Source of the DNA: Escherichia phage CL1
Length of the DNA: 64,000 nt
Reading direction: 5' to 3' (one strand)
Sequence record: OK040806
Shown here: in pieces, positions 1 to 15,326 of the stretch
How positions within the stretch are numbered: the stretch's first letter is position 1
How the letters are laid out: each line of letters opens with the position of its first letter
Notes under the pieces: model-generated
Seen by the model: the letters and a program-made list of their open reading frames with translations, nothing else
Databases searched by the model: none
Told to the model about the DNA's origin: nothing
Position numbers and translations under genes: made by a program

Positions 1-4651
<4,651 letters not shown>

Positions 4652-4653
4652 TA

Positions 4654-5802
4654 ATGGCAGTAGGTGAAATTCAAATCAGTGCCTTGCCTCAAGCAGCCTT
4701 ACCAATCGACCTTAGTGATATCTTCCATCTTAAGCAGGGTATCGAGGATAAGAGGTGTACTCTTGAGCAATTACTTGCTCCGCACTCAAGCTTAAAGAAT
4801 AACCCTCATGGTGTTACTAAAACACAAATTGGTTTAGATAACGTTATTAATGCTCTTCAGTTAGTTGCTGCAAATAACTTATCAGATATTGTTAATGTAG
4901 CTGAGGCAAGAGCAAATCTACAGATTATGTCTTCAGAAGAGGTCAATAGCCTTATTCAACAGCATATTAATGACAAGAGCAACCCACACAATACAACTAA
5001 GGCACAGGTTGGTTTAAGTAATGTCCAGAACTGGACAACATCTAACCTTTATAATGAAGATGCAGATAAGTATGCTACAGCAAGAGCAGTAAATAACTTG
5101 TACAAGGCTGTTCAGGCTTCTTATCCAGTAGGTACTATCCATCTCTCTATGAATCCTGCAAACCCCTCTACATATTTAATTTGTGGAGGTACTTGGGAGT
5201 TAGTCTCAAAAGGGAGAGCACTTGTAGGTTATGATAGTGATTCTAGGCCAGTTGGTTCAACGTTTGGTTCACAGACTACTGCACTGACGGTTAATAACAT
5301 CCCTGCACATACCCACTCAGTGTATGTCACTGGTGGTGGTCACACTCATGGTGCAACAGCCTCTATCAGTGCTTTTGATTATGGTACTAAAGGGACTACA
5401 ACGTTTGACTATGGAACCAAGACCGTATCTACTTACGACTATGGCAACAGAACAACAAGTGCTGCTGGCTTAACACAAACAACATTCATTAATCGTGGCT
5501 ATGCTGATGGTGGCTGGAGAGGTTTATCGGTTGAGGGGGCAAGCTATGACCCAAGAGCTACGTTGACAACAGCTAACAACCACACTCACTCTGTAGCAAT
5601 TGGTGCGCATAATCATACGGTTGGCATTGGTGCTCACAGCCATACTGTTGCAATTGGTTCCCACAACCACTCAGCAACAGTAACAGTAACCGGAGCAGGT
5701 GAGCATTCTCACTCTGGCACAACTGGTCCAACTGGTTCTGGTCAAGCATTTAGTGTTGAACAGCCATCCTTCGTACTGTATGTATGGCAGAGAACAGCTT
5801 AA
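4654..5802 (+). CDS. tail fibre protein with C-terminal His-x-His repeat domain
   Basis: 382 aa, Gly/Thr/Ser-rich; C-terminal HTHSV, GAHNHTV, GAHSHTV, GSHNHSA motifs and ...GSGQAFSV...YVWQRTA end shared with the next ORF. Confidence 0.55.
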   Translation: MAVGEIQISALPQAALPIDLSDIFHLKQGIEDKRCTLEQLLAPHSSLKNNPHGVTKTQIGLDNVINALQLVAANNLSDIVNVAEARANLQIMSSEEVNSLIQQHINDKSNPHNTTKAQVGLSNVQNWTTSNLYNEDADKYATARAVNNLYKAVQASYPVGTIHLSMNPANPSTYLICGGTWELVSKGRALVGYDSDSRPVGSTFGSQTTALTVNNIPAHTHSVYVTGGGHTHGATASISAFDYGTKGTTTFDYGTKTVSTYDYGNRTTSAAGLTQTTFINRGYADGGWRGLSVEGASYDPRATLTTANNHTHSVAIGAHNHTVGIGAHSHTVAIGSHNHSATVTVTGAGEHSHSGTTGPTGSGQAFSVEQPSFVLYVWQRTA

Positions 5803-5806
5803 TTTC

Positions 5807-5835
5807 TTTACAGGGGCTTTATAGCCCCTTTTAAG
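5807..5835 (+). promoter_or_regulatory. TTTACA followed by GGGGCTTT-AT-AGCCCC stem-loop and TTTT between the two tail-fibre genes
   Basis: hairpin 5813-5828 followed by TTTT; could be weak terminator or promoter with hairpin in spacer. Confidence 0.4.
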
Positions 5836-5848
5836 AGGAAAATTTATA

Positions 5849-8200
5849 ATGGCAGATTACAAGTTGAGTGAATTAAACTCAATCGACACAATCCGTTCAG
5901 ACGACCTTCTTCATGTCAGGGTTAAAAAGAGACCTGAAATGCTAGGTGATGAAGACCGTCGAATGACCTATCAAGACTTCTTAGCATCTTTTAAACTAGA
6001 AAGATTTGTCCAGATTGCTGGCAGTACTATGACGGGTGACTTAGGAATTGTCAAGTTACTTTATGGTGGTAAGGTAGTATTTGACCCTACAGGTTCTTCT
6101 GGGATTACTATGGGGGATGTTTTAAAGACTTTTAAAATCAATGCAAACGGTCTTAAACTCACTATTGCAGATGCTTCAAGGTCTGCAACTGTTTATCATA
6201 CTCTTAATAAGCCAAGTCCTAATGAACTTGGGATGAGAACTAATGAAGAGAATGATGCAAGATATGCAAGACTTGCTGTAAATAACACCTTTAGGGCCAC
6301 TCAAAATATTCTATCTGATAATGAAACTATTATCGTTAAGAATGTTACACAAGGGATGCCGCTGTATATTCGCGGTCAAGATGCAGATGGCTCTAACAGG
6401 TGGTATCTAGGCAATGATAACAAAGGTACAGACAATCTTGTTTTAAAAAATGTTAAATCTGGTGCATATGTAGCTATTTTGGATAGCTTAATCACTGTGA
6501 ACAAATCTATCCAGATTACTGGTCAAGTTCAGCCTTCTGACTTCTCTAACTTAGATGCTAGATACTTTACTCAGACAGCAGCTAATCAGAGGTTTGCGCA
6601 GCTAGTTGGTAATAACACCTTCAGAGGTATTAATAATTTTGTAGGTGAGTTCAATATTACCAGAGATAATGCTGTGCTGGTCATTAAGAATGCCACTGCT
6701 GCAACTGGGTTGTACTTGCTTGGTCAGAAAGCTGATGGGACAAACAAGTTCTACTTAGGGACTGATGACTCTGATTCTGTAGTCAACCTACATAACTACA
6801 CCACGAGTACAACTATCTCTTTGTCAAATGTGATTACCACTACTAAGACTGTGAAAATCACTGGTCAAGTTCAGCCTTCTGATTGGGCTAACATTGACTC
6901 TAGATACATCCCAGCAGGAACTTTGAGTAACCTTGCTAAGCTAAGTGATGCAAATACTTTCAGGTCTGCACAGATTATTAATCGGGATGGCTCATTGTTA
7001 CAGCTAAAGAATACTACACAAGATGGAGAGCTATACTTTGCTGGTCATAATGCTGATGGTGTTAGAAGGTGGTACATTGGGAATGGGGAATCATCCAACC
7101 CAGAAAGACTTATTATCCATAACGGCAGAACTGCAACTACGATTTATATGCAAGATGATTTCTTGTTGAACAAAACTGTTAGAATCATTGGTCAAGTTCA
7201 ACCTTCTGATTGGACTAACTTAGATGCTAGATACTACGTTCAATCTGCAACAGATGCGAAGTACATCTGGTCAGCAGTCAGGGAGACAGTAAGAGCGGAG
7301 GATGGTGGTGTAGCTTGGAATAAACCTTCCGGAATCTATCTTGAGACAGTGCAGGGTGGTGGGGCAAACCGTTTAGTCTCACACATGTTCGTTAATACGG
7401 GAGCATCAACACCTGCTGCACAATTGATGTTTGGTTATAGAAATGGTGGAATGTGGTACAGAACAGCCAGAGATAGGGCTGGTTTTGAGGAGGATTGGTC
7501 TAAGGTTTACACAGAGGCTCAGAAACCAACCCCTTCAGAGATTGGTGCATACACTAAAACTGAAACTGACCAGAAGATTGCACAGGCAGTAAGTGACTCT
7601 ACAGACCTTAATAAAATCTATCCAGTGGGTATTGTGACATGGTTTAACAGTAATGTTGACCCTAATACAGCACTGCCTGGTCTAACTTGGACGTACCTCA
7701 ATAATGGTGTTGGTAGAACTATCAGAATTGCAGCAGCAAACGGTTCAGATGTTGCTACAACTGGTGGTTCAGACTCTGTGACGTTAGCTGTTGGGAACTT
7801 GCCTTCACACACTCACAGATTTTCTGCTACCACTTCATCTTTTGACTACGGAACAAAAAACACTAACACAACTGGTGCTCACACTCACTCTGTAAGTGGC
7901 TCTACTTCATCTGCTGGTAACCACAACCACTCCATTTCGTGGATTGGTCAGAACTCACAGCACTATTCTGGTGGTGGTGGTGCATACGTTGGTTCAGGGC
8001 CGGGTTACACCGATGCTAACGGTGCTCACACCCACACAATCTCTGGTACTGCTGCTTCTGCTGGTAACCATGCTCACTCAGTTGGTATTGGTGCTCACAG
8101 CCATACAGTAAGTGGTAACACTGGGGGTACAGGTTCTGGTTCAGCGTTTAGTGTTACTAACCAGTTCTACAAGTTAATGGCTTGGGTAAGAACTGCTTAA
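5849..8200 (+). CDS. tail fibre protein (internal tandem repeats, C-terminal HxH domain)
   Basis: 783 aa; three ~120-aa internal repeats each containing I[TI]GQVQPSD[FW]xN[LI]D[AS]RY; C-terminus HTHSV...GAHSHTV...GSGSAFSV...WVRTA parallels the upstream fibre. Confidence 0.6.
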   Translation: MADYKLSELNSIDTIRSDDLLHVRVKKRPEMLGDEDRRMTYQDFLASFKLERFVQIAGSTMTGDLGIVKLLYGGKVVFDPTGSSGITMGDVLKTFKINANGLKLTIADASRSATVYHTLNKPSPNELGMRTNEENDARYARLAVNNTFRATQNILSDNETIIVKNVTQGMPLYIRGQDADGSNRWYLGNDNKGTDNLVLKNVKSGAYVAILDSLITVNKSIQITGQVQPSDFSNLDARYFTQTAANQRFAQLVGNNTFRGINNFVGEFNITRDNAVLVIKNATAATGLYLLGQKADGTNKFYLGTDDSDSVVNLHNYTTSTTISLSNVITTTKTVKITGQVQPSDWANIDSRYIPAGTLSNLAKLSDANTFRSAQIINRDGSLLQLKNTTQDGELYFAGHNADGVRRWYIGNGESSNPERLIIHNGRTATTIYMQDDFLLNKTVRIIGQVQPSDWTNLDARYYVQSATDAKYIWSAVRETVRAEDGGVAWNKPSGIYLETVQGGGANRLVSHMFVNTGASTPAAQLMFGYRNGGMWYRTARDRAGFEEDWSKVYTEAQKPTPSEIGAYTKTETDQKIAQAVSDSTDLNKIYPVGIVTWFNSNVDPNTALPGLTWTYLNNGVGRTIRIAAANGSDVATTGGSDSVTLAVGNLPSHTHRFSATTSSFDYGTKNTNTTGAHTHSVSGSTSSAGNHNHSISWIGQNSQHYSGGGGAYVGSGPGYTDANGAHTHTISGTAASAGNHAHSVGIGAHSHTVSGNTGGTGSGSAFSVTNQFYKLMAWVRTA

Positions 8201-8279
8201 TCCCTTGTTGACTGATTGTTAAGATGGTGTTAATATTCTTTATGGGTATTCTCACCATCTTGGCTGATGAGGTGATTAA

Positions 8280-8477
8280 ATGCCTACAATCCTAGCAATT
8301 CTTCTAAAAAATCTAGGTAGCTTCTTCTGGAAACTCGTTTTATCCCTTCTAAGTGAATACATGATTGAGAAAGTGTTCTTTAGGCTTGCAAGATATCTTG
8401 CAAGTAAGACAGACACACCTATTGATGATGAGTTCGTAGATAACTTAGAAAAAGCTTTTAAGGGGGAGAATAAATGA
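8280..8477 (+). CDS. hypothetical small hydrophobic protein
   Basis: 65 aa; coupled to next ORF (ATGA overlap). Confidence 0.3.
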   Translation: MPTILAILLKNLGSFFWKLVLSLLSEYMIEKVFFRLARYLASKTDTPIDDEFVDNLEKAFKGENK

Positions 8478-8845
8478 AGTGGCTAGAGGAAGCTTTTAAA
8501 AATAATATTGGTGCAATTGTAGTTGGTATTTTTAGTGTTATTGGTATGTATACCACCATGCAAGTCTCGGATGGTAAGCAAGAAGTATCTATCACAACAA
8601 AGTTACAGCAGCTAGATAATTATTCCAAAAGTAATTATTCAGCTATTCGTGATTTACAGTCTGATATGAGGCTGCTTCAGCTAGGGATGGAGAACCAGAA
8701 AGTCCAGTTAGAGAATGTTAAGGGAGAGAACGCAAAACTTACTAAGACTCTTGACAAATTCTCTGATAGTGTGAACAATCTGGCTCAATCAGTATCAGCC
8801 CTCCAAGCTATTACTGAAAAGAACACAAAGAATACTGAAAAGTAA
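8474..8845 (+). CDS. hypothetical membrane-anchored coiled-coil protein
   Basis: 123 aa; N-terminal hydrophobic helix (IGAIVVGIFSVIGMY) then heptad-like region; last gene before terminator. Confidence 0.35.
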   Translation: MKWLEEAFKNNIGAIVVGIFSVIGMYTTMQVSDGKQEVSITTKLQQLDNYSKSNYSAIRDLQSDMRLLQLGMENQKVQLENVKGENAKLTKTLDKFSDSVNNLAQSVSALQAITEKNTKNTEK

Positions 8846-8852
8846 AGTTTAA

Positions 8853-8879
8853 GGCTCCTTTTTACGGGAGCCTTTTTTT
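8853..8879 (+). terminator. intrinsic terminator ending the structural block
   Basis: GGCTCC-loop-GGAGCC stem followed by TTTTTTT, between convergent genes. Confidence 0.7.
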
Positions 8880-8882
8880 GTT

Positions 8883-9782
8883 TTATTTACCTACTGACAA
8901 AGGCGCTTCAATCTTTCCTGCATGTTGGTAGTTGTTAATACCACCGATAAAGTCACTTGCAGTGAGGTGTTTTAAGTCACTTAAAGTGTTAAGTGGTAGG
9001 CCAATCTCAAAAGTTGGTGCATGGAACTCTTCATTGTTCATCAGTTCATAAACCTGCTTCATATGGTTCTGATAAATCTGAGTATCTCCAAAGACACCTA
9101 TCAAGTACCGTGGAGTGTATCCGGTCATCTTGCAAAGAACTTCCAGAATAAAACCATAAGACGCAATATTAAACGGAAGTCCTAAGAAGGTGTCTACTGA
9201 ACGCTGATACCATTGTAAATCAACTTCACCCTCGTTAGTGATATAAATCTGAAACAGGACATGACAAGGTGCTAAAGCCATTGAGTTTGCTGCAATATCT
9301 GCTGCATTCCAAGCATTAACAAGCATGTAACGGTCTGTGATATCACCCTTCATCTTTGCTACTAAGGTCTCTAGTTGGTCTACAACGCAACCGTTATGAC
9401 CTTCGAAGTTTCTCCACTGAACCCCGTAGATTCTCCCACCTGCATCTTCTAACCAATCTTGTTCAGAAGAATAATTAGAGCTTAACCAACGTTTAAAATC
9501 ATCTGACCAGATAGTCCAACGTTCTCCGTCATTTTCACCCCAAGTACGGTAACGAAGTTCACCCAGCTTATTCTCACCATTCAGGAACCATAAAGCTTCC
9601 CCAATAACTTGCCGCGTAAACACCTGTTTAGAGGTTAAGAGTGGGAAACCAGTTCTCATATCAAAACGAAACTGTGGTGGAGCAAATGCAGAGATAACAT
9701 CTCCAGTTCGTGTAGTACGTAGTTCACCAACGGATAAAACATGGTTCAGGATATTTTTGTAACTCAAATCAGCTTGTGACAT
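8883..9782 (-). CDS. thyA: thymidylate synthase (ThyA family; pyrimidine hydroxymethylase homolog not excluded)
   Basis: 299 aa with RTGxxxxSxF, FPLLTSK, EALWFL, ALAPCH (catalytic Cys) and GLPFNIASY motifs; adjacent to DHFR as in T4 frd-td. Confidence 0.8.
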   Translation of the reverse strand: MSQADLSYKNILNHVLSVGELRTTRTGDVISAFAPPQFRFDMRTGFPLLTSKQVFTRQVIGEALWFLNGENKLGELRYRTWGENDGERWTIWSDDFKRWLSSNYSSEQDWLEDAGGRIYGVQWRNFEGHNGCVVDQLETLVAKMKGDITDRYMLVNAWNAADIAANSMALAPCHVLFQIYITNEGEVDLQWYQRSVDTFLGLPFNIASYGFILEVLCKMTGYTPRYLIGVFGDTQIYQNHMKQVYELMNNEEFHAPTFEIGLPLNTLSDLKHLTASDFIGGINNYQHAGKIEAPLSVGK

Positions 9783-9783
9783 A

Positions 9784-10329
9784 TCAAAATTGCCCTTTTA
9801 CTTGTGGAACATAAATTTCAAAAGTTGCTTTACCATCCTCTGATGGTTTTGACTGTACCTTTGTAAATACTCGGTTATCATACAACTTCTCAAAGAAGTT
9901 TTCAAAAGGTAAATGTACAGTGGCCTCTTCAGTAACTTTATGGAAAACTGTATGGAACACTACATCAGCATACGGTAAAGCATCGACAAGGACACCTGCA
10001 CCACCAATTACAAAGACATCTTCATCAATAGAACTATCAAGATACTTCAAAAATGCCCCAAAGGATTCTTTGCTGGCTTTAGCATACATTACCTCATCTT
10101 TGCCAAAGTCTATGCCTAAGTATGGTACAGAATTTGTTAAGATTAGGTTTGCACGTTCTGGTAAAGGTTTACTCCCCAGAGTCTTGAAAGTCTCGTTACC
10201 CATCACTACTAAGTTGTTTTTAGTGAGTCTCTTAAACTCTTGCATGTCCTGTTTATGTCGAGGCCACGGCATACCAGTTGGAGTACCAAACTCACCATTT
10301 TCACCACTTGCAAAGATTAATTTAATCAT
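9784..10329 (-). CDS. folA: dihydrofolate reductase
   Basis: 181 aa; N-terminal IFASGENGEFGTPTGMPW matches the DHFR G-x-x-G...LPW signature. Confidence 0.7.
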   Translation of the reverse strand: MIKLIFASGENGEFGTPTGMPWPRHKQDMQEFKRLTKNNLVVMGNETFKTLGSKPLPERANLILTNSVPYLGIDFGKDEVMYAKASKESFGAFLKYLDSSIDEDVFVIGGAGVLVDALPYADVVFHTVFHKVTEEATVHLPFENFFEKLYDNRVFTKVQSKPSEDGKATFEIYVPQVKGQF

Positions 10330-10586
10330 TTTGTAAATCCTTTCTTAATGAACCAGTTGATAACATTCTTCACAGCTTTATTGCTATGATAGATTAAGTG
10401 TGGTGTAGGTTGATATGAGCCATAGGCCCAGAAAGCAATGATTTCACTACACCCTGTACACCTTGTACTCTCTTCAGCAATATGACCGTTGACTATTTCA
10501 CTCACCTCACCCTGTAAGTCTGTACATCCACAATGTGGACAACGGATAGGTGTTCCATCAGACTCATAGCAGTGCTCAATTTTCAT
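10326..10586 (-). CDS. hypothetical Cys-rich (zinc-ribbon-like) protein
   Basis: 86 aa; CPHCGC ... CTGC pairs. Confidence 0.4.
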   Translation of the reverse strand: MKIEHCYESDGTPIRCPHCGCTDLQGEVSEIVNGHIAEESTRCTGCSEIIAFWAYGSYQPTPHLIYHSNKAVKNVINWFIKKGFTK

Positions 10587-11102
10587 TTATTTAACCTCAA
10601 AAACTGGTTCAAGAACCAATATAAAGTCTACACAGTCATCTTCTTCATCCAGAATACCATCAAAGTTCTTAGGAACGAAGTCGAAGAGGCTCATAACAAA
10701 GCAGTCAGAAGTAACCCTAATAGTGCCTCCCATATTCTCTACAGTTAGTACTGTACGACTCTCTTTTACCTCTCTCAGAAGATTACTCACAAAGTCATCT
10801 AAGAAGTACTTCATCAACGACTTAAAACCTTTAGGGTAATCTGTACCAGAGTATGTTTCAATCTGAGGTACAAGCTTAACATTTATACTAGTCTTTGTTA
10901 AGAACGTATTAGAGAACATACTATCAGGTAACTTACAAACAATCTTTCCAGTACCTTCATGCTCAATCTCAACAAAACCAGCTTCATCGCCACATGTGAC
11001 TATTTTAAAAGATGCTTCATTCTCACACTGTGAAGCCATAAACTTTTTAAACATCACTTTAAGGAAATCTGCATGAGCATCTTGTAAGAAGATATCAATC
11101 AT
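10587..11102 (-). CDS. hypothetical protein
   Basis: 171-aa ORF co-oriented in minus block. Confidence 0.4.
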   Translation of the reverse strand: MIDIFLQDAHADFLKVMFKKFMASQCENEASFKIVTCGDEAGFVEIEHEGTGKIVCKLPDSMFSNTFLTKTSINVKLVPQIETYSGTDYPKGFKSLMKYFLDDFVSNLLREVKESRTVLTVENMGGTIRVTSDCFVMSLFDFVPKNFDGILDEEDDCVDFILVLEPVFEVK

Positions 11103-11115
11103 AGTTAATCACCTA

Positions 11116-11475
11116 TTATGGGAACAGACACTTAATGTCGTCATTTTTGAAAACGAAACTTGTGTAGTTGTGACCGTCAACATCCAACCAAACAGCCTGA
11201 ATATCTACACCATCAAGATTGTGGTAAAGCTCTTTGATGAAGTGGTCTTTTACAATCTGACTGCTAGTGGTCTCCAGCTTAATGTTTGAGATTGCTGAAC
11301 CTACAGCCATATAGCCCATGACACGTTTTTTCTCAGTATGCTTAATCTTACCATCTTTGTAAGCCATAATGAGATTGGAAAGAATCTTTACACCATAATA
11401 CTTTTCAAGGTGAGTCGGTACACCATAAAAGCCTAATGCGAAGTTTTCAGAGTGGATAATGTTTTCACGTTTCAT
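11116..11475 (-). CDS. hypothetical protein
   Basis: 119-aa ORF. Confidence 0.4.
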   Translation of the reverse strand: MKRENIIHSENFALGFYGVPTHLEKYYGVKILSNLIMAYKDGKIKHTEKKRVMGYMAVGSAISNIKLETTSSQIVKDHFIKELYHNLDGVDIQAVWLDVDGHNYTSFVFKNDDIKCLFP

Positions 11476-11476
11476 A

Positions 11477-11776
11477 TTAATCTGCCAGCCTTAAATTAAA
11501 ATTAACACCAAATTTTTCGCATACTTCCAACATAAACTCAAGAGAGACATTACCAGTGAGATTGATTATGTTGGATACACGAGCCTGAGAGATACCACAA
11601 ATTTTAGCAACTTGCTCTTGAGAAAGACCTCTGGATTTAATCTCTCTCTTAAAACGATGTGCAACGAAATCTCTCATTTCGTCTACATCCATTGGACAAA
11701 TATAACTCTCCATTTCAGCTTCTCTGTCAGCCTCCCAATCATCTTGTGGAGCATAAGGGTCAAAAACCTCATTCAT
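11477..11776 (-). CDS. helix-turn-helix DNA-binding protein
   Basis: HTH-like segment LSQEQVAKICGISQARVSNI; start moved to internal ATG (MNEVF) giving 8-nt overlap with upstream gene. Confidence 0.4.
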   Translation of the reverse strand: MNEVFDPYAPQDDWEADREAEMESYICPMDVDEMRDFVAHRFKREIKSRGLSQEQVAKICGISQARVSNIINLTGNVSLEFMLEVCEKFGVNFNLRLAD

Positions 11777-11981
11777 CTTTCTTCTTCCGTTTTCGTGAAG
11801 TGTCAATCAATGAATCTATGTTTGTAGCCCTAACCTTTTCACGTTCATCGTTAAGATAATCGTCAAGAGCCTTTTCAATCTGTGAATCATCTTGACAGAT
11901 AACTGTAAAGACTGTAAAGCCATCTGTATCATCAATTATCTTACCATAACCGCTTCTGGGATGTAACTTTTTAAGAGCCAT
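11769..11981 (-). CDS. hypothetical protein
   Basis: 70-aa ORF. Confidence 0.35.
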   Translation of the reverse strand: MALKKLHPRSGYGKIIDDTDGFTVFTVICQDDSQIEKALDDYLNDEREKVRATNIDSLIDTSRKRKKKDE

Positions 11982-11982
11982 A

Positions 11983-12366
11983 TCAAATACCTGTGCAGCT
12001 TCTGTTTTCTAAGAAATACTCAACACCATACATAGCTTTTTGCATCAAATCTTCTTTAAACTGAATACGATGATTGAGCATAGCTTGTACGTCAATATCC
12101 TCATGGTGTTTCTCTTTAATGTTTGCAGATTGCAGGAAATACTCTGCAAGAACACGATACTGATAGTCAGTTACCTTATCAGTCATCTCTGTCAAAGACT
12201 CTTCAGAGATTGGTTTAAGTAGCTCGCCATTAGCCAGAGCAACACCTTTAACAATCTGGCAAGTGTCTTCTGGAACACCTGATAAGTCCACATTTGGGAG
12301 TTCTGTTGCATTGACTGGTAAATTCATTGCCATAACCATTGCAGCAGCTAAGAAAATCTTTTTCAT
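11983..12366 (-). CDS. secreted protein of unknown function
   Basis: 127 aa with N-terminal signal peptide MKKIFLAAAMVMAMNLPVNA; own promoter-like element upstream. Confidence 0.4.
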   Translation of the reverse strand: MKKIFLAAAMVMAMNLPVNATELPNVDLSGVPEDTCQIVKGVALANGELLKPISEESLTEMTDKVTDYQYRVLAEYFLQSANIKEKHHEDIDVQAMLNHRIQFKEDLMQKAMYGVEYFLENRSCTGI

Positions 12367-12410
12367 AATGACCTCAAAGTTATATTAAATTTTGTATTAC
12401 ATTGAGTATA

Positions 12411-12439
12411 AAAATAAGCTATAACACCTGACTTGTCAA
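12411..12439 (-). promoter_or_regulatory. sigma70-like promoter candidate for the secreted-protein gene
   Basis: minus-strand TTGACA (plus 12434-12439), 17-bp spacer, TATTTT (TATACT just downstream). Confidence 0.35.
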
Positions 12440-12710
12440 CAGATTTTATAGCTTATCTGGCAGATTTTTTATAAGGCTACTGCCATCCTTCCATACCAAA
12501 CCATACAAGACATAGCCATACCCGACCGTACATCACCTCACAACACTTAAAAACCCTTTTTAGAAGACTCTTAAGTGGTGTAAGTCTCATTTTTATGTAG
12601 CTGAGACTAACTACCCATACTATACCGGACCGAACCTCACCCTACCGGACCAGACACTACCATACAACACCTCACCATACCTCATTAAAAGACCCTCTTA
12701 AAGACCTTTT

Positions 12711-12733
12711 AAAAAGGAGCCTCCGAAGAGGCT
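12711..12733 (-). terminator. intrinsic terminator after gene 12745..13185
   Basis: minus-strand AGCCTC-TTCG-GAGGCT stem followed by U-run (plus-strand A5 at 12711-12715). Confidence 0.6.
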
Positions 12734-12744
12734 ACCTAGTCAAC

Positions 12745-13185
12745 TTAGAAAGGTTTTCTACGTTGCTTGTTAATGTTAGCTTTCATAGCAGCTAAATGGT
12801 TTTGCTGTTCAATCAGTCGTGAACGTTCTTGATGGCTAAGTGCCATAGTGTTCACATTCTCAATCGCTTGAGTAGCTTGCTTTAAAGCTCGACCAATCTT
12901 GCCAGACATTTTACGTTTTGCAATAGTTGCTTGATGCTTAGGTTCAACCACACGATAACCAACACCCATTGAAGCAACCAGATAAATCTTCTCTTCTTTA
13001 AGAAGCTTCTCAATAAACTTCTCAAGTCGGTTTAGGCGTGTAAGCGCATAAGCCTTCATTTCATCTTCGTACTTAACAATGTCACCTTGATAAGTTGGCT
13101 TCACAATACCTAAGAAGGTGTCCATCTCAGAATGTGATACAGTGTCACCGTAACTAAACTTTGCTGCTAATGCTTTTGTATTCAT
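12745..13185 (-). CDS. hypothetical protein
   Basis: 146-aa ORF followed by a minus-strand intrinsic terminator. Confidence 0.4.
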   Translation of the reverse strand: MNTKALAAKFSYGDTVSHSEMDTFLGIVKPTYQGDIVKYEDEMKAYALTRLNRLEKFIEKLLKEEKIYLVASMGVGYRVVEPKHQATIAKRKMSGKIGRALKQATQAIENVNTMALSHQERSRLIEQQNHLAAMKANINKQRRKPF

Positions 13186-13187
13186 AA

Positions 13188-13796
<609 letters not shown>

Positions 13797-13820
<24 letters not shown>

Positions 13821-14221
13821 GAACCCTCAACAGAAGACTCTTTAGAAACTTGGTAGATTTTTAACGTGGCTACTACCATCCACCCAGACTTTACTATACC
13901 TCACCAGACCATACCTGACCTGGCCGCGCCTTGCCTTGCCAAACATCACTTAAAAACCCTATGAGATACTTTATCGAGTATAATTTAAAGACTCTTAAGT
14001 GATGTAATCGAATTTTAATGTAGCTCCGATTAACTACCCATACCCTGCTTTACCTTACCGTACCGTACTTTACCCGACCGTACCGGACAATACTTAACCC
14101 TACCTCACCCGACCGGACATCACTTAAAAACCCTTTTAAAAGACTCTTAAGTGATGCTGGTGAGTACCCGTTGGTTTATGCTGCTCAGTATACTCACCAA
14201 ATTTTCTATGTCAACAACTTT
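13797..14221 (-). repeat. ORF-free element Q: two copies of inverted repeat CATCACTTAA...TTAAGTGATG with GGT-rich tracts
   Basis: IR copies 13944-14004 (41-nt loop) and 14118-14156 (19-nt loop); CCGACCGTACC motifs; promoter at 14187-14214 points into it. Confidence 0.5.
14187..14214 (-). promoter_or_regulatory. sigma70-like promoter TTGACA-16-TATACT directed into the ORF-free element downstream of ligase
   Basis: minus-strand TTGACA (plus 14209-14214) and TATACT (plus 14187-14192), 8 bp after the ligase stop. Confidence 0.5.
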
Positions 14222-15325
14222 TTATTCATAATCTCGTATAACTAGCCCAACAGGGAACTGTAAAGAACCCTTACGAGTCATCTTCTGGAACTGAACCGTT
14301 AAAGGTTTCCCAATAAACTCTTCAGGATGCTCAGCAAGATACTGTTTCTTCTCATGAGTAGTCTTCCATGAAACATCTACAAAGACGTTAGGAAGAGTCT
14401 CTACAACGAACTTACCATGACCCCGCTTATCGGTCTTGATACCAGTCACTTTAAACTCTTCAGTGTGCATCTTCTTGTGCTTAATCAAGAAGTATGAACG
14501 GTGACAACACTCATAGAAGGAGTCTTCAGAGATTGAACGGTACATTGCACCTTCAAACTTAGCTTCAACCCACTTATCATGAGCTTCATCAAACTCTTCC
14601 CAAGAATTTACACGACGAGACTTAACAGGAACAACTTTACAGCCGTCTCTGAAGTCATTCAATGGTGAAGTCTCAATAATATCTCTACGCTCAGGCCACG
14701 TCTTAGTACTGTCACAGATATCGTACCAGTAAAACTTGAGCAAGTGTCTGTCAGGATTGTCTTCATTTTTAATCATGGAGACGATATCTTCTAAGTCCCA
14801 CCCATGAGCATAAATCTCTCCATCAAATTCATCAACATCTTTGTGGAGCCTTAACATTGCCATAATGTCAGGTATTAGTTCAGTAGGGATTTTATAAACA
14901 GTATTCTCACGAGAGTATGCTGTAAATACGCTACCAATGCTTAAGTGTCTTGAAATTCTACAACGTACACCATCAAGCTTCGGTTGAGCATCAGCAGGGA
15001 ATTTCAAATACTTTGCATGACTAACCTTTGCAGCATCATGAGCAAGCTGTACACCTACCTTCTCAGTGTTCTGTGCAGACTCTTTTGTGTAAGCATAACC
15101 TTTGCGGTCAACTTGCTTTTTATACTTAGCAGCAACTTCAAAGAGAGCTTGCTGTTCAGCGTTACGCTCATTCTTTTTACCGATGTTTTTAGGTTCTGCT
15201 GTATACTCTTCAAACATCATCTTGCCATTTTCTTTGCCATACGTGGTAACAACTTTGTCACCTACAGCGACACATGACCAGACGTTAAAAGAGCCATCTT
15301 TATTTTGTTTGTACAGTGTTGTCAT
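14222..15325 (-). CDS. ATP-dependent DNA ligase
   Basis: 367 aa with adenylation motif I (PKLDGVR) in a T7-ligase-like context. Confidence 0.75.
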   Translation of the reverse strand: MTTLYKQNKDGSFNVWSCVAVGDKVVTTYGKENGKMMFEEYTAEPKNIGKKNERNAEQQALFEVAAKYKKQVDRKGYAYTKESAQNTEKVGVQLAHDAAKVSHAKYLKFPADAQPKLDGVRCRISRHLSIGSVFTAYSRENTVYKIPTELIPDIMAMLRLHKDVDEFDGEIYAHGWDLEDIVSMIKNEDNPDRHLLKFYWYDICDSTKTWPERRDIIETSPLNDFRDGCKVVPVKSRRVNSWEEFDEAHDKWVEAKFEGAMYRSISEDSFYECCHRSYFLIKHKKMHTEEFKVTGIKTDKRGHGKFVVETLPNVFVDVSWKTTHEKKQYLAEHPEEFIGKPLTVQFQKMTRKGSLQFPVGLVIRDYE

Positions 15326-15326
15326 T

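Larger units (their letters stand above)
12370..12744 (-). repeat. ORF-free element P: inverted repeat CACTTAA-N20-TTAAGTG flanked by GGT-rich tracts (C/A-rich on plus strand)
   Basis: IR 12544-12577; CCGACCG[TG]AC motifs; homologous in parts to element Q. Confidence 0.5.

Noticed and set aside
8883-9782. Possible group I intron in the thymidylate synthase gene (as in T4 td) or in nrdA, nrdB, nrdD
   Set aside because: Each reading frame is continuous and of normal length with conserved motifs in order. The only interrupted gene is nrdG, and that is a 1-nt frame change rather than an insertion.
9920-10336. 138-aa plus-strand ORF
   Set aside because: Lies entirely antisense to the DHFR gene, whose product has clear family motifs; low-complexity Ser/Thr/Lys-rich translation; no SD.
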